NCBI RefSeq assembly: GCF_006345805.1
Contig: NC_043008.1
Span: forward strand, 56,048,001-56,112,000
Length of the DNA stretch: 64,000 bases
Direction: 5' to 3'
From: Octopus sinensis
Lineage: Eukaryota
Numbering within the stretch: position 1 is the first letter of the stretch; every line of letters begins with the position of its first letter. The translations under genes were made by a program, and so were the position numbers. Below the pieces are notes generated by a model, which saw nothing but the letters and a program-made list of their open reading frames with translations, had not been told where the DNA came from and ran no database searches. Positions 39,987 through 52,336 of the stretch are shown piece by piece.

Positions 39987-40350
39987 CTCTCATTCTCTTT
40001 GCCCTGCCTGCCTCTTTCTGTCTATCTTTCTGTCTGTTTGTCTCCCCTCCCCCTTTCCCTCTCAGCTACACACACTTTCTATGTCATTTCATACACACAC
40101 ACACACACTCTCTCTCTCTCTCTCATTCACATCTCTCATCTTCTTCCCCTCTCACCACTCCCTTCATCCCCTCTTTCTCTCGCCTCTTTCTTTCTCTTTC
40201 TCACCTCCCCTTTCTCAACCCTCTCTTTTATTATCATGTTTCTTTTTCTTTCACCTCTCATTTGTTCTTGTATCTCTCATTTCTCTCTTATATTTCAATC
40301 TCTCTCTCTCTCTCTCTTCTCTCACTTCTATCCTCTCTACCTCTCCTTAT
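39860..40350. repeat. (CTGT)n/(CT)n pyrimidine-rich low-complexity region
   Basis: Direct inspection. Confidence 0.85.
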
Positions 40351-40389
40351 ATTCTCGTCTATTTTCCTTCCCCCTACAATGCTATTGTA

Positions 40390-40803
40390 GGATCTTTTCT
40401 GTTTGAACAGCAGTTTTTTCTAGCAGTGTCATATGAAATTGTCACCCATAATTATGACCCTAGTATTGATCTATTGCATTTCAATCTGTTTTAGGGTTAG
40501 GGTTAGGGGTGGGGGAAGGGTATCTTTTTTTCTTCACAAATGTAAATAAACCCAATCTGTTTCTTAAACAAGGGACATTTTCATACGGCACAGAATGTTT
40601 TCACCTCAATAGATGTCATTGATTGGTTGAAATTTCAGACATTGAAGAAAAAACAACAAATATCATACAAACTATAGAATTTTCTCAATAAAGCCAAGAG
40701 GAAAAGATGTTTTATAAACACATTCTACCAGTATACGAAGTTTAAAATTTTTTAGTTACCTAGAAATTATGTTAAAAACTGCCGTTCAAACCGAAAAGAT
40801 CCC
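40390..40803. mobile_element. MITE with about 28-bp TIRs and TA TSD, containing (TTAGGG)3
   Basis: TA|GGATCTTTTCTGTTTGAACAGCAGTTTTT ... AAAAACTGCCGTTCAAACCGAAAAGATCCC|TA. Confidence 0.7.
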
Positions 40804-41150
40804 TACTGTGTATTCTCTCCTAATTAACAGTACTATTTTATAACTCTCATGTTTTGGTTCTGAGTTCAAATGCCACCAAGGTCAACTTTGCTTTTCACCC
40901 TTTCAGGTCCAGTGAAATAAGTACCAGTCATGTGCTGGGGTTGATGTAATTTCAGGTCTTGTGTACCTATTGTAGAAAGGGTTATTTTAATTGATAGCTT
41001 TTATGTTCAGGGCAAAAATAAATTAATTACAATTTTTCTTTTATTTAATTATTATTATTATTTTTTTTGGTTAAATTTGTTAATGAGCTAATTGCTGCAG
41101 AGTAGGACAAGGCCAAGCTTTAGCTGTGGAATAGTTAATTCCAGTGTAAT

Positions 41151-41241
<91 letters not shown>

Positions 41242-41766
41242 TTTTTAGGAAGAGCACTTCTTTATGTGTATGAAATATATTTACACACACGCCCACAGAC
41301 AGATGCACACACACACATATACATCTTTTATTAATATCAACAATGGAATATTTTATCGTTTACTTGTTTCATTCGTTAGACTGTGGCCATGCTGGGGCAC
41401 TTCCACCTTGAAATAGTTTAGTCAAACAAGTCAACTTATTTCTTTTGTTTTTAAAGTTTGGTACTTTTTCTGTCAGTTCCTTTTTGCCAAACTGCTAAGT
41501 AAACACACCAATACTAGTTGTCAAGCAATAGCGGGTGGGGTGGGGACAAATACACACACACACCCACACACACATATCCACATGCACATCCACACTCACA
41601 CTTGGCTGCTATTTCAAGCGTGGTGGTATCTCTTAGATACCCTAAATTATAATTTTAATAATAATTATTACCTTCGAAGGTTTTTTATTCCCATGCTGGC
41701 CACTTGATAAGTTCGATATTAAATAACGATCTTATCCTTATTTATATAAATTTATATATCTATCTA

Positions 41767-41797
<31 letters not shown>

Positions 41798-41822
41798 ATC
41801 TATCTATCTATCTATCTATCTA

Positions 41823-41912
<90 letters not shown>

Positions 41913-42275
41913 TACACACACATACACATATATATGTGTGTGTATAATAGATGTGTGTATATGTGTATAAATATGTGGGGAGGGTATAAATGTCATTGTC
42001 GTCATCATCGCCATCATCATTTAACTTCTATTTTTCCATGCTGGCAAACTGTCCAACCCATGCCAACAAGGAAAACAGATATTAAACAGTGATGATGATG
42101 ATGATGATAACAATCTTGACGACAGATGGTGGATGATGACGATGATGACATGCCCTCTCGACACATTTATACACAAATACACCCATCTATATATAAAACA
42201 ATAAATACGCAGTGTTTATTATTTTATTTTGTTTGTTTCCTGCTTTTAACATTTTTGTTCTTTTTTTTCTCGCAG

Positions 42276-42417
42276 TTTTCCTGGTGCTAGTAATGACACC
42301 CTATTGTCCAAGTTCAACCGTCATCATAAGGGCAAACCTTATTATGAGGTGCCCCAACTTCGGGAAGGTGCCTTCGTGGTTGTCCATTATGCTGGCAAAG
42401 TCAAGTACAGCACAGTG
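42276..42417 (+). CDS. MYO9: Myosin IX exon (FPGASNDTLLSKFNRHHKGKPYYEVPQLREGAFVVVHYAGKVKYSTV)
   Basis: Acceptor ttttttctcgcag| and donor GTG|gtgagt; enters in phase 2, exits in phase 0. Confidence 0.96.
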
Positions 42418-43685
42418 GTGAGTTGACCTTTTTTTTTTTTTTCTGTACAATTTCAGCTCCATGCCACTCCTGCTTGAAGTATGTCTTTCCACTTTAATTT
42501 CCTTGTTTGCTTGGTTATCTCTCACACAGAAATGTTGTTGACATTCGGCCCGGAGCACAAGAACAATGTTGTTTGTATTAGCATTAAAAAGATGCTTGGA
42601 AAACACTATGATGCGAATGTACAAATATAAACCTGAGTATATAAGGAATAGGTCATAAATAAATATTGGTGTGTGTGTGGTGTGTGTGTGTGCGTGTGTC
42701 TGTGTGTGTGTGTGTTTGTATGATGTCAGGAAAACTATAGATATTTAATAACTAAAAGTTACTGTTGTCAAGTTAACATAAATACAATGGGGGGATTGAA
42801 TGGACATTTCCTAATATCATATTTATTGGAGCCACTGGTTTCCGTTTCAAATCCTGGTACATTGACTTCTCGTACAAAGGGCTCCACTTGTTGTTATTGT
42901 TCAACCTTTGATCAGCTCTGGTCAATCAAAGCTATGGTCAAAAAGATCACAGTTATGACTATTCTGTCTGATCTTTGTTTTTTTAAGCCCTGTGTCTCTT
43001 CTTCAGCAAGACCCCTCTTCTTATCCTTCAATTGTATTTTTATTTTCCTCAGTACTATACCCCTTACTCAATTGGGGATGGGGGTCTTGTCTTGCAAGTT
43101 ACTTGGTGAACTCACTAGTACCAGTATGACACCCCCCAAAAAAATGCACATGGTACATTCTGTAAAGTGGTTGGTATTAAGAAAATCGTCCAGCTGTAGA
43201 AACAATGTGAAAACAGAAATTGGAGCTCAGTGTAGTCCTCAGTCTTGTTGGTTCACATCAAACCATCCAAGCTAGCATGGAAAACAATGAAGTTTTGGCT
43301 GCTATTTCTAGCAAGCTGAGTGACCATCTTGATGTTTCCTTTTGGCTTGAATATTTAATAGTGAGGTGTGGAGTATTTTTTCAAGAGTTTATGTGAAGAA
43401 AGAATATATAAATTTGATGAAAGTGTATGGGGAGTAGAAAATTTAGAAGAGAGGGGGTACTTTTGCACCTGACCAGGCAGAGCTATAATCAAAGGCATTC
43501 CTGCCATGACCATCTCATCTTTTTATATATATTTGACTATATTGTCCATGATACCCTTTTTTTTAAGGTAGTAGATAATTTTGAGGAATAATTTTGGTTG
43601 CTATTCCTTGCAGATCAAGCAGCCACAGAAAGGTTTACTTGACTCTCGTGTGTGCACAACCTGTTTGTGTATGTGTGCATGCATG

Positions 43686-43726
<41 letters not shown>

Positions 43727-43805
43727 AGTGATTATTATATCAAATTTTCCTTTGGATTAAAAAAAATTCATCTATTTATTTATCTACTGTCGTGTTTCTG
43801 TTTAG

Positions 43806-43896
43806 GATTTCCGAGAGAAGAATTCTGACCTCATACGTACTGATATTGTCGGAGTTCTCAAGAACAGTAGTTCGGTTTTTGTCAAAGAACTACTTG
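43806..43896 (+). CDS. MYO9: Myosin IX exon (DFREKNSDLIRTDIVGVLKNSSSVFVKELLG)
   Basis: Acceptor tttctgtttag| and donor TTG|gtaagt; exits in phase 1. Confidence 0.96.
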
Positions 43897-43944
43897 GTAA
43901 GTTACATCCTTTCTTCTCTATGCTTATTGACAAAATAACATGAA

Positions 43945-44306
43945 CTAGCACTAGGACCTGGCAACGCTGGGTCATAGTGCTAGTTCATGCATATACAGCT
44001 GCGTGTGTGCGCACATACACCCGCATACTGTCCAAATCTCTGACCAATCACATACAGCTAGCTGGCATTCAATTGGCGTATCAAGTTTCGGGCATTTTGA
44101 TTGGGTTTTGGACAGAAAATTCACAAAATAGTCACTTCTATTGATTTTTTAATGGCTTTGCAGAGTGACTGGGGAAATGTAAAGATGTGCACGACCATCC
44201 TTGGACGGTTTTAAATGACCATAGAAAGTGCGAGCCCTCTAACTGAAAAATTGTGGATTTGTATAAAGGACACACACAGACATTTTGCCGTTTATATATA
44301 CGGAGA
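43945..44306 (-). mobile_element. Non-autonomous Helitron (different family) filling most of a 496-nt intron
   Basis: Minus strand begins A|TCTCCGTATATAT and ends GACCCAGCGTTGCCAGGTC hairpin...CTAG|T. Confidence 0.7.
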
Positions 44307-44392
44307 TGATGTCGATGTTATTTTGTCAAGTTGAATGTGTTGTTCCGTTAAGTATGAAATGTAATTTATTTCTTAATCAATTAATATTTCAG

Positions 44393-44494
44393 GAGTTGAT
44401 CCAGTCGCTATTTTGCGGTGGGGATTGCTGAGAGCATTCTTCAGATGTGTTGCTGCCTTTATTTCTGCTGGTAAAGAATACCAACGGGATGGAA
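44393..44494 (+). CDS. MYO9: Myosin IX exon, start of loop-2 insertion (VDPVAILRWGLLRAFFRCVAAFISAGKEYQRDG)
   Basis: Acceptor atatttcag| and donor GAA|gtaagt; phase 1/1; class IX-diagnostic DPVAxxRWxxLRAFFR. Confidence 0.95.
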
Positions 44495-45009
44495 GTAAGT
44501 TATCTTATGCTGTTTCTCTTATTCAACCTTCCTACTTACTCCTGTTCCTTCTAAGAATATCGCTTCATGTTTTCATATTTTATTTTCACTGCAACAACAA
44601 CAACAAAAAAATAATAAATAAAATGAAATAAAAAAATATATTTTCAAGCGGTATAGATGTGTGATTAAGAAGCTTTATTCCCAAACAGCTGGTCTTAGGT
44701 TCAGTTCTACTTTGCAGCGTCTTGGACAAATATCCGATCTTTACCTTTTGACCAGCAGATTTAGAAAATAATTTTTTGTAACTAAACAATTTCAAACCTC
44801 GTATACTGGTAGAATGTGTCATATAAAACATCTTTTACTCTTAGCGTTTTTGAGAAAAGTTTATATTTACGAAGTTATTTCGTGTTCTGCCGGTCAAAAG
44901 GTAAAGATCCCAAATATCTTCTACTCTAAACCTCGGACCAACCAAAGCCTTGAGAGTGGATTTGGTAGGAGACAACTGAAAGAATCTGTTTTTTATTATA
45001 TATTTATCA

Positions 45010-45400
45010 CCATCATCATTCAGTGTCTGCTTTACATGCTGGCATGGGTTAGATGGTTTCGCTGGAACTTGTACGCTGGAGAGCTGCACCAGGTTCCAGT
45101 CTGATTTGGCATGGTTTCTACAACTTGATGCCCTTCCTAACACCAACTACTCCAAGTGTGTAATGAGTGCTTTTTATATACGTCACTGGCACAGGTGCCA
45201 GTTACATGACTCTGGTATTGGCTATGACTATGATCTCACTTGGCTTGAGTCTTCTCAAATACAGCATTTTGTTAAAGGTCCTGGTCATTTATCATTGCCT
45301 CTGTGAGACCCAACGTTTGTCCCATGTCTTCCTGGGTCTACCACTTCTACAGCTTCCCTCTACTGTTAGAGATCGGCACTTCTTTACACAGCTGTCCTGT
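45010..45400 (-). mobile_element. RTE-clade LINE 3' fragment with (GAT)n tail
   Basis: Minus translation DSCVKKCRSLTVEGSCRSGRPRKTWD...LGLTEAMINDQDL matches the RTE ORF2 C-terminal GRPRKTW motif. It continues into the abundant GGAAGGGCATCCAGC...GATGATG tail sequence. Confidence 0.7.
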
Positions 45401-45856
45401 GTACACACACACACACACACACACACACATTTATAATATGTGTGTGCTGCATACATGTATATATATGTGTGTGTTTGTGTGTACCCTTGTCTAGATATAT
45501 GATGGTTGTAAATGAGCTTCATCATCATACAAGTGAGGTTGTTTCCTGTCTTTCATGGCTAGCTATGGGAAAATATTTACTTGCTTAGAAACAGGTGAAG
45601 TTTGACAACAGGAAGGACATCTGACTGTTGGAATCCCTGGAATTCCTTAAATGTCAGGCTCTGACTAACTCAGGATAACTGTATAGGGTTTAGTCAGACT
45701 GGGATTGCAAGCCTCGCAAAGCAAATGTTAAATGATGACAATGATTATTACGGTATAATTTTTTCCATGCATTAGGAAAATTTGTTAATTAAGATTATTA
45801 ATAATCATTAGTCAGTTGTAATTATTCTTTTCTTTCTTTTTTTTTTAATCACTCAG

Positions 45857-45935
45857 AATCCAGGAAACCTCCAAAGAAGACGAATGAAACATCTCACCGA
45901 GAAAGTTGCAAATTATCTAGTGATAATTTATTAAG
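45857..45935 (+). CDS. MYO9: Probable myosin IX loop-2 exon (KSRKPPKKTNETSHRESCKLSSDNLL)
   Basis: Acceptor ttttttaatcactcag| and donor AAG|gtaggt; open when entered in phase 1; exits in phase 2; basic composition fits loop 2. No strong homology motif. Confidence 0.7.
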
Positions 45936-46111
45936 GTAGGTTCCAGGGTAATAATCCTTTCTACTAAAGGCACAAGGCCTGCAGTTGGGGTGGGCTAGTC
46001 GATTAAATCAACCCCATTGCTCAACTGGTACTTATTTCATCAACCCCGAAACGGTGAAAGGTCGAGTTGACTTCTGCAGAATTTGAACTCAGAATGTAAA
46101 GCTGGCAGAAA

Positions 46112-46500
46112 TAATAATAATGAAAGTATTGTATACAGTGCTCAGATGCACCACAACTTATCAAAAGTGCGTATAAAGCATATGCAGTAATGTACAAATG
46201 TCTGGAAAGCGAACAGTGTATGAGTCAGATACATGCTTGCATGTGTATGGAGGGGAAAAACTCGGGTATAGTGTTGACGAATCTCAGGAAGCATGGAAGT
46301 TTTGAAGGATGTAGTGCTCTGACAATTAACAACCGATGCCGGCAGTTTGTTCCATGCTTCAGCAACTCTCAGCGTGAAAAAATGTTTCCTGAAGTCATGG
46401 GAGCTGTGCTGTTTTCTGACTTTGTAAACATGTCCACGGGTGTTAGACAGATGGAGTTTGAAAACGCTGCTAAGCATTTTGTCTGGTGTGCGGTTCCACT
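46112..46500 (-). mobile_element. CR1/L2-clade LINE 3' fragment (ORF2 C-terminus, 3' UTR and (ATT)n tail)
   Basis: Translates as TRGHVYKVRKQHSSHDFRKHFFTLRVAEAWNKLPASVVNCQSTTSFK, the typical CR1/L2 ORF2 end (TRGH...FFxxRVxxxWNxLP); abuts the 5' end of a SINE copy (about 45960-46110). Confidence 0.85.
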
Positions 46501-46850
46501 GTAATATGTTACCTATTTGGCTGCAAATAGGTAACAGTCATCTCTTGATATACTGAATTATGTATTTAAAGATTTGTTTAATTAGCTGCTGTAATTTCAG
46601 ACACATGAAACAAACCAGTGATGAATATCGGTGGTATTTGTTCTGAGGAAGTCCGTGGAAGAATTTCTTCTCTGTAGACATTTATTTCGGTCGTTCAGCT
46701 GTTTTCTTTCATTCTCTGTATTTCGAATTCATCTTTGGCTTTCTTTCCTGCTACCCGTTCACTTTTTGCAGTCATGTAAACAGACAGGGTGTGTGTGTGT
46801 GTAGTTGTGTATATTTATATATTCAGACGTGGCTATGTGATTATAAACAA

Positions 46851-47081
46851 GGCGGTGAGCTGGCAGAAACGTTAGCGCGCCGGGCGAAATGCTTAGCAGT
46901 ATTTCGTCTGTCGTTGCGTTCTGAGTTCAAATTCCGCCGAGGTCGACTTTGCCTTTCACCCTTTCGGGGTTGATAAATAAAGTACCAGTTTCGTACTGGG
47001 GTTGTTGTAATCGACTTAATCCCTTTGTCTGTCCTTGTTTGTTCCCTCTATGTTTAGCCCCTTGTGGGCAATAAAGAAATA
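46851..47081 (+). mobile_element. tRNA-derived SINE, family A, nested in the head of a family C SINE
   Basis: GGCGGTGAGCTGGCAGAAACG...AATAAAGAAATA; interrupts the host sequence GGCTATGTGATTATAA|...AAGTTTACTTCCCAGCCACATGG. Confidence 0.85.
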
Positions 47082-47850
47082 TATAAGTTTACTTCCCAGC
47101 CACATGGTTCTGGGTTCAGTCCCACTGTGTATCACTTTGGGCCAATGTCTTCCTCAACTGCGCTGGGCTGACCAAAGCCTTGTGAGTGGATTTGGTAGAC
47201 GGAAACCAAAAGGACTCCATTGTATATGTGTGTGTTTGTGTTCCTGTTTCCTTGCCTTGACTTCACGCGATTGCTCTAAAGAGGTGTCACTGCCACGCAA
47301 AGGGTGCCCCTTATTTCCAGTTTTCCATGGAAACCTGTCTAGCCTTGGGGAAATATTTTCTTACTGGGAAACAGGTGAGGGTTGCTGACAGGTAGAAGAT
47401 CTAATTGTAGAAAATTTAGCCTCGGCTAATTCTGTCTGACTTGTGTAAGTATGGAAAAGTGGACATTACAATGCTGCTGATGATATATATATATAAATAT
47501 CATCATCATCATCATTTCTGTATTCCATGCTTGTTTGGGTTGGATGGTTTGACAGGAGCCAGTGAGTCTGAGGACTGCATCAAGCTTCAGTCTCTGCTTT
47601 GGTATGGTTTCTATGGCTGGATGGCCTTTGTAATGCCAAGCACTTTGTAGGGTGCACTGGGTGCTCTTTGCATGGCACCGGCATTAGGGAGCTCACTCTG
47701 TAACTCTCAAGTCAAAACCACAAAACTGGGGTGGGGTGGTGGGGTAGTTTGTGGGTGGTGGTTTTATTCCAGGTGATGAGAGGTTGCCTGAAGTATGATA
47801 GAAGAACAGAGACAGGTTTTTTGTTCAAGGGGAGATACATGGTTACCTTG

Positions 47851-47889
<39 letters not shown>

Positions 47890-47965
47890 CTTCTAATTTA
47901 AGGATAAAATTGAAAAAAAAATTATCTGTGGCCCACATATTAAAATGCCTTTTAAAGTGAAAATT

Positions 47966-48132
47966 ATAAGCAATTATAAATAAGGGCAAACGAAAAAAAT
48001 CTTCTATGCCAATATGCTGAAAAATAGACTTTAGTTCGTCTAACCACATATTGTTTGTGGTTAGATGATCTAAAGTCTAATTTTCACCATATTGACATAG
48101 AAAATTATTTTCGTTTTCCCTTATTTATAATT

Positions 48133-48138
<6 letters not shown>
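47966..48138. repeat. Inverted repeat (about 83-bp arms, 7-nt loop) between (TA)n tracts
   Basis: ...AGACTTTAGTTCGTCTAACCACA-TATTGTT-TGTGGTTAGATGATCTAAAGTCT... with scattered mismatches. Confidence 0.85.
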
Positions 48139-48168
<30 letters not shown>

Positions 48169-51100
48169 GTGTGTGTGTGTGTATATACAGAGGGAACATA
48201 TTTGTGACACTTTCAACTTTCTCAGTCATTATAAGTAGTTGAATAAAGAACTAAGAATCCCTCTACTTTGTTACTTGACCTACTGGAAATAATGAGTCAG
48301 CTAACCTCAGATCACACTATGACTGCAGAACTCTAAATTTCGAAGTGGTATTTAAATATTTTTCATTTAACCAATACACTGTACCCCATATTTTGTTACT
48401 TTGGCCAATCTGCTATTAAAATCTTTATGTATGTAAGATTTGTGTGTTTACATGTGCATGCGTGTGTGTGAGTAATGGTTTCAACACCTGTATTAGCTAG
48501 ATAAGTAAATGTTAACTTTCTTCCCACCCTATTAAATATCACAGTGGGTGGTAGCATTATCAGTTAAAGGTATAAACAGGTATGAGTTTTTCTAGTTTGA
48601 GCATTTATTTTTAATCCTACAAAACTTGCTTGGGATTGTCAACTTTTATATCAAACAGAAGCTAAAATGAACCAAAACACCATCTTGTTATTGGAGATTA
48701 TCAACAGCGTTGGTTCCCCAGTATTCTGTTTTTTTGCAAATTGTACATGTTGGAATTTATTGTGATAGGGATAGTGAAATGTCTACAAGAAGATTCTTGT
48801 TTTATATGGCCAATAACAGAATATACACTGTGATAATACTCTTAACCTCACATTGATGAATGGTGATAATGGTAGGTCTTTGTATGCAGTGATCATGAGC
48901 AAGCGTGGCTAGCCCTTAAGTTGCTATGTGAATGTATCCTTGACCCTTTCATTACTGTATTTATTTTGAGTTGCTCTGTGTTTCTTTCAATTAATTTTAA
49001 ATATAACAAAGAATTTAGTGAAATAACTTAGTTATCATTAAGCTAGTACTAGGAACATAAATCGTGACTAAGGTTTGGTGGAAGGTTTTAATTCAAGACT
49101 TATGTAAATAAGACATTTGTATTTAGAGCCAGAGCCAGTTTCAGCTGGGTTGGTATCGAAAGGGTTAAATGTCAGGCTCTGACTAACTCAGGACAACTGT
49201 GTAGGGTTTAGTCAGACAGGGATTCCAACAATGGCTGTTTCCTTTCTTAGTGTTTCTTATCCATCACAGTTGCCCTGGACTTCTCAAAGTTGCTTAACAC
49301 ACATGTATCACATCTATTGATCAAAGTATCTCTGCTTGCGCCATTGCCTTCTCTAGGAAGTGAATTAACCTGTGTGTGTGTGTGTGTGTGTGTGTTGTGT
49401 TTGTTCAGAGGAGAGAATGGTAGCAAGAAAAGTGAGATTTTTTTTATTGATTATAAGTAAAATTCTGAAATAATTTTGAAATGATTTTGTATCAAGGACA
49501 ATCTTTCACTGTATTAAAACTATTCCAGTATCAATGAAATCTTAAAACATTGCATGTATAAGGTGTAGGCATGGTTGTGTAGTTAAGGAGAGTACTGCCT
49601 AACCATGTGGTCTTGGGTTCAATCCAACTCTATGGCACCTTTGGCTAGTATCTTCTTCTATAACTCCAGGTTTACCAAAGAACCTTATGTGTAGATTTGC
49701 TAGACAGAAACTGAAAAAAGTCTATCATCTGTGTAAGTGTTTGTGTGCGCAGATGTGAGTATACCCTTGTCTTGATATCATGTGATAGTTTTAAATGAGC
49801 ATCATCATCATCATACAGACTATGTTGTTGTTTTCAGTCCTCCATGAGAAACGTCTTCACATAGAGGAATATTGCCTTACCTGGAAACAGGTGAGGGTTG
49901 GCAACAGGTAGGGCATCCAGCCATAAAAAAATCTGCCTCCTCAACAAATCATATTTGATCCTTGCAAGTATGGAAAAGTGGATGTTAAAATGATGATGAC
50001 GATGATGATGATGATGTCATATTTATGTGTGTATATGTGTTTGATTTTGTTCCTCTACTACTGCTTGACATCCAGTGTTAGTTTGTTTACATCCCTGTAG
50101 CTTAGTAGTCCAGTAAAAGAGACTAGTAGAATAAAAAAAATCAGTGCTTCTCAACCAGGGGAACCATATAAGATTTTTTGATGTCCACACAAGCTAAATA
50201 GTAAATTGAGTATTTTAAGTGTACATGCATACAAACAGCTATTCATTCATCCATCCATCATTCCATGCATACATACATATATTTATTATTCTTATACTAG
50301 AATGTTGTATAAGAATGTATATATATATATATATACATACACATACATGATCTTTTTCCTCCTCGTCTGACTCATCTGCCTCGCATTCACCCTCATCACC
50401 GCAATCTTCTCATCTTTTTCAACTGGAGGTAGCCATATATCTCCTCTTCAGCAAGACAACTGTTTCTATTCCTCTATCATACTCTTGCTTCTCAATGTCT
50501 GGCATAAACCCCCATCCCCCTAGCCCCCCACCCCATCAGAACCATATTCCAATAAATGGAGGGATCTTGTCTGGCAAGCTTCTCGATGACTTCACCAATG
50601 CTAGTGGCATATGAAAAAAAGCACCCAGTGCACTCTGTGAAATGGTTGGCATTAAGGATGGGCATCCAGCTATAGAAACTATGCTAAAACAGACCATGGT
50701 GTTTGACACTGTCCTCTGACCTGTCGGATCCTCTCAAATTGTCCAGAATACAGATGCTAAATGATGATGATGACAATGATGATGATGATGATGACGACGA
50801 TGATGATGATGATTCTTATTATATATCACACAGAGACAGCTAATGATTCAAGTCTGAAACACTGTTGTCACTGCTTGACCGATTTACCGATAATTTGTTC
50901 TCTGTTATACCAAGGAATAATTTCAATACTTTCAGGTCAGATTTGCAAAGGACATGCTGTAGTAATTTGGGTAATAAATTATTCAACAGTTTAGAGAGGT
51001 AAGTCAGTGTTCCTAATCCTGTTTCCAATCAATAACCAATATTCCTAATCCTGTTTTCAATCAATAATAAATACTACAGAAAACCAAGCACTTAATCATT

Positions 51101-51531
51101 ACCATTAATAACTTCTACACAAACTTTTTCTTATTTAGTTTATATATGTTTTTGCTTTGCACATTTTTCTCTTCATTTGAAATCTGGTTATATGAGATTC
51201 CTTGGCTTAGTAAATCTTAGTTTACTAATTGTAGTCTGCAGAATCTTTAGTCTGCTAAGCCTTATTTTATCAAGCCTTAGATGCTAATCTGTAATTTGCT
51301 AAACCTTAGATTGCTAAATATAGTTTATTAAACCTTAAGGCTACTGAACTAATCCATAAAGAATGTTGAAAATCTTTGCTATCAATTGCAATTATATAGT
51401 TTTTATTATTTCAATGTCTAAATGTATCAAGGTGTCTGTCTGTGTCATATATTATTATCCAGCGCAGCATATGTTTCTGAATTTCAGCACAAACTGTATT
51501 ATGCACATACATATATGTGTGTATATATATA

Positions 51532-51584
<53 letters not shown>

Positions 51585-51594
51585 TATATATGAT

Positions 51595-51958
51595 ACAATA
51601 AGAAAATGGAGAAACAATTTAGTTGGTTTATCAGCTTTAGGATATTAGAATGTTGATGTATTTATTTATTTAACAAAACGAGAACCATAATAACATACAT
51701 ATATACATTAAAATTCAATACATATAAGATAAGAATACAATTTAAAAAATCTTAATATAAATTATTGAAATCATTAAAATCACTTACAGCTGTTTCAGCC
51801 TTTGGAAAAAGTAATTTGTTATGCTCATACAAGTCAATTTATTGAGTAATGTATATATGTATGTTACTATGGTTCTCGGTTTGTTAAATAAAAAGTCAAC
51901 ATTCTAATATCCTAAAGCTGATAAACCAACTAATGTGTTTCTCCATTTTCTTATTTGT
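51595..51958. repeat. Inverted repeat element (about 115-bp arms, about 130-bp spacer) beside (TA)n
   Basis: AATAAGAAAATGGAGAAACA..TTAGTTGGTTTATCAGCTTTAGGATATTAGAATGTTGA is present in both orientations. Confidence 0.85.
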
Positions 51959-52133
51959 AATATAATTTAATGGTAAAATATTTCTTTACCTTCATCCATT
52001 TAATACAATAAGTAAGTTAATTGCATTGCAATTAAAAACACATGTGTATTAATAATTTGGGTATTATATCAACAGTATATTGGATAAGTATTATCCCTTA
52101 GTGGGTTGGATCCAAAACCCCTAACTTACTTGG

Positions 52134-52161
<28 letters not shown>

Positions 52162-52164
<3 letters not shown>

Positions 52165-52336
52165 AAATTGAATAATCGAATACCAAAACAACAAGGGGAT
52201 GTGCAAATGGAGTGTATTAGTTTGATGCTCACGAAAAAAAAGAGAGCTTTTGATATTTCGAGCATAGCTCTTCAACAGAAAGGAAAACGGAAAAGTCCAG
52301 AGAAAGTAAAGTATCACCAACAGCACATGTCAGTAT
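52162..52336 (-). mobile_element. Second copy or subfamily of the hammerhead-bearing short element
   Basis: Shares catgtg..gttgg.gat, ttctctgga, the hammerhead core and tgagc..taatac blocks with 4849-5053; abuts (TA)n. Confidence 0.5.
52248..52282 (-). ncRNA. Degenerate minimal hammerhead ribozyme motif
   Basis: Minus strand reads CTTT-CTGTTGA-A-GAGC(TAT)GCTC-GAAA-TA-TC-AAAA; core A6 is changed to U and stem III is the palindrome AUAU. Confidence 0.6.

Noticed and set aside
40491-40508. Telomere or chromosome-fusion relic
   Set aside because: Only three TTAGGG units, inside a TIR element.
46772-46788. Micro-exon after a strong polypyrimidine tract
   Set aside because: 17 nt with a weak donor (gtgtgt microsatellite); it would shift the frame relative to the downstream exon unless further exons exist.
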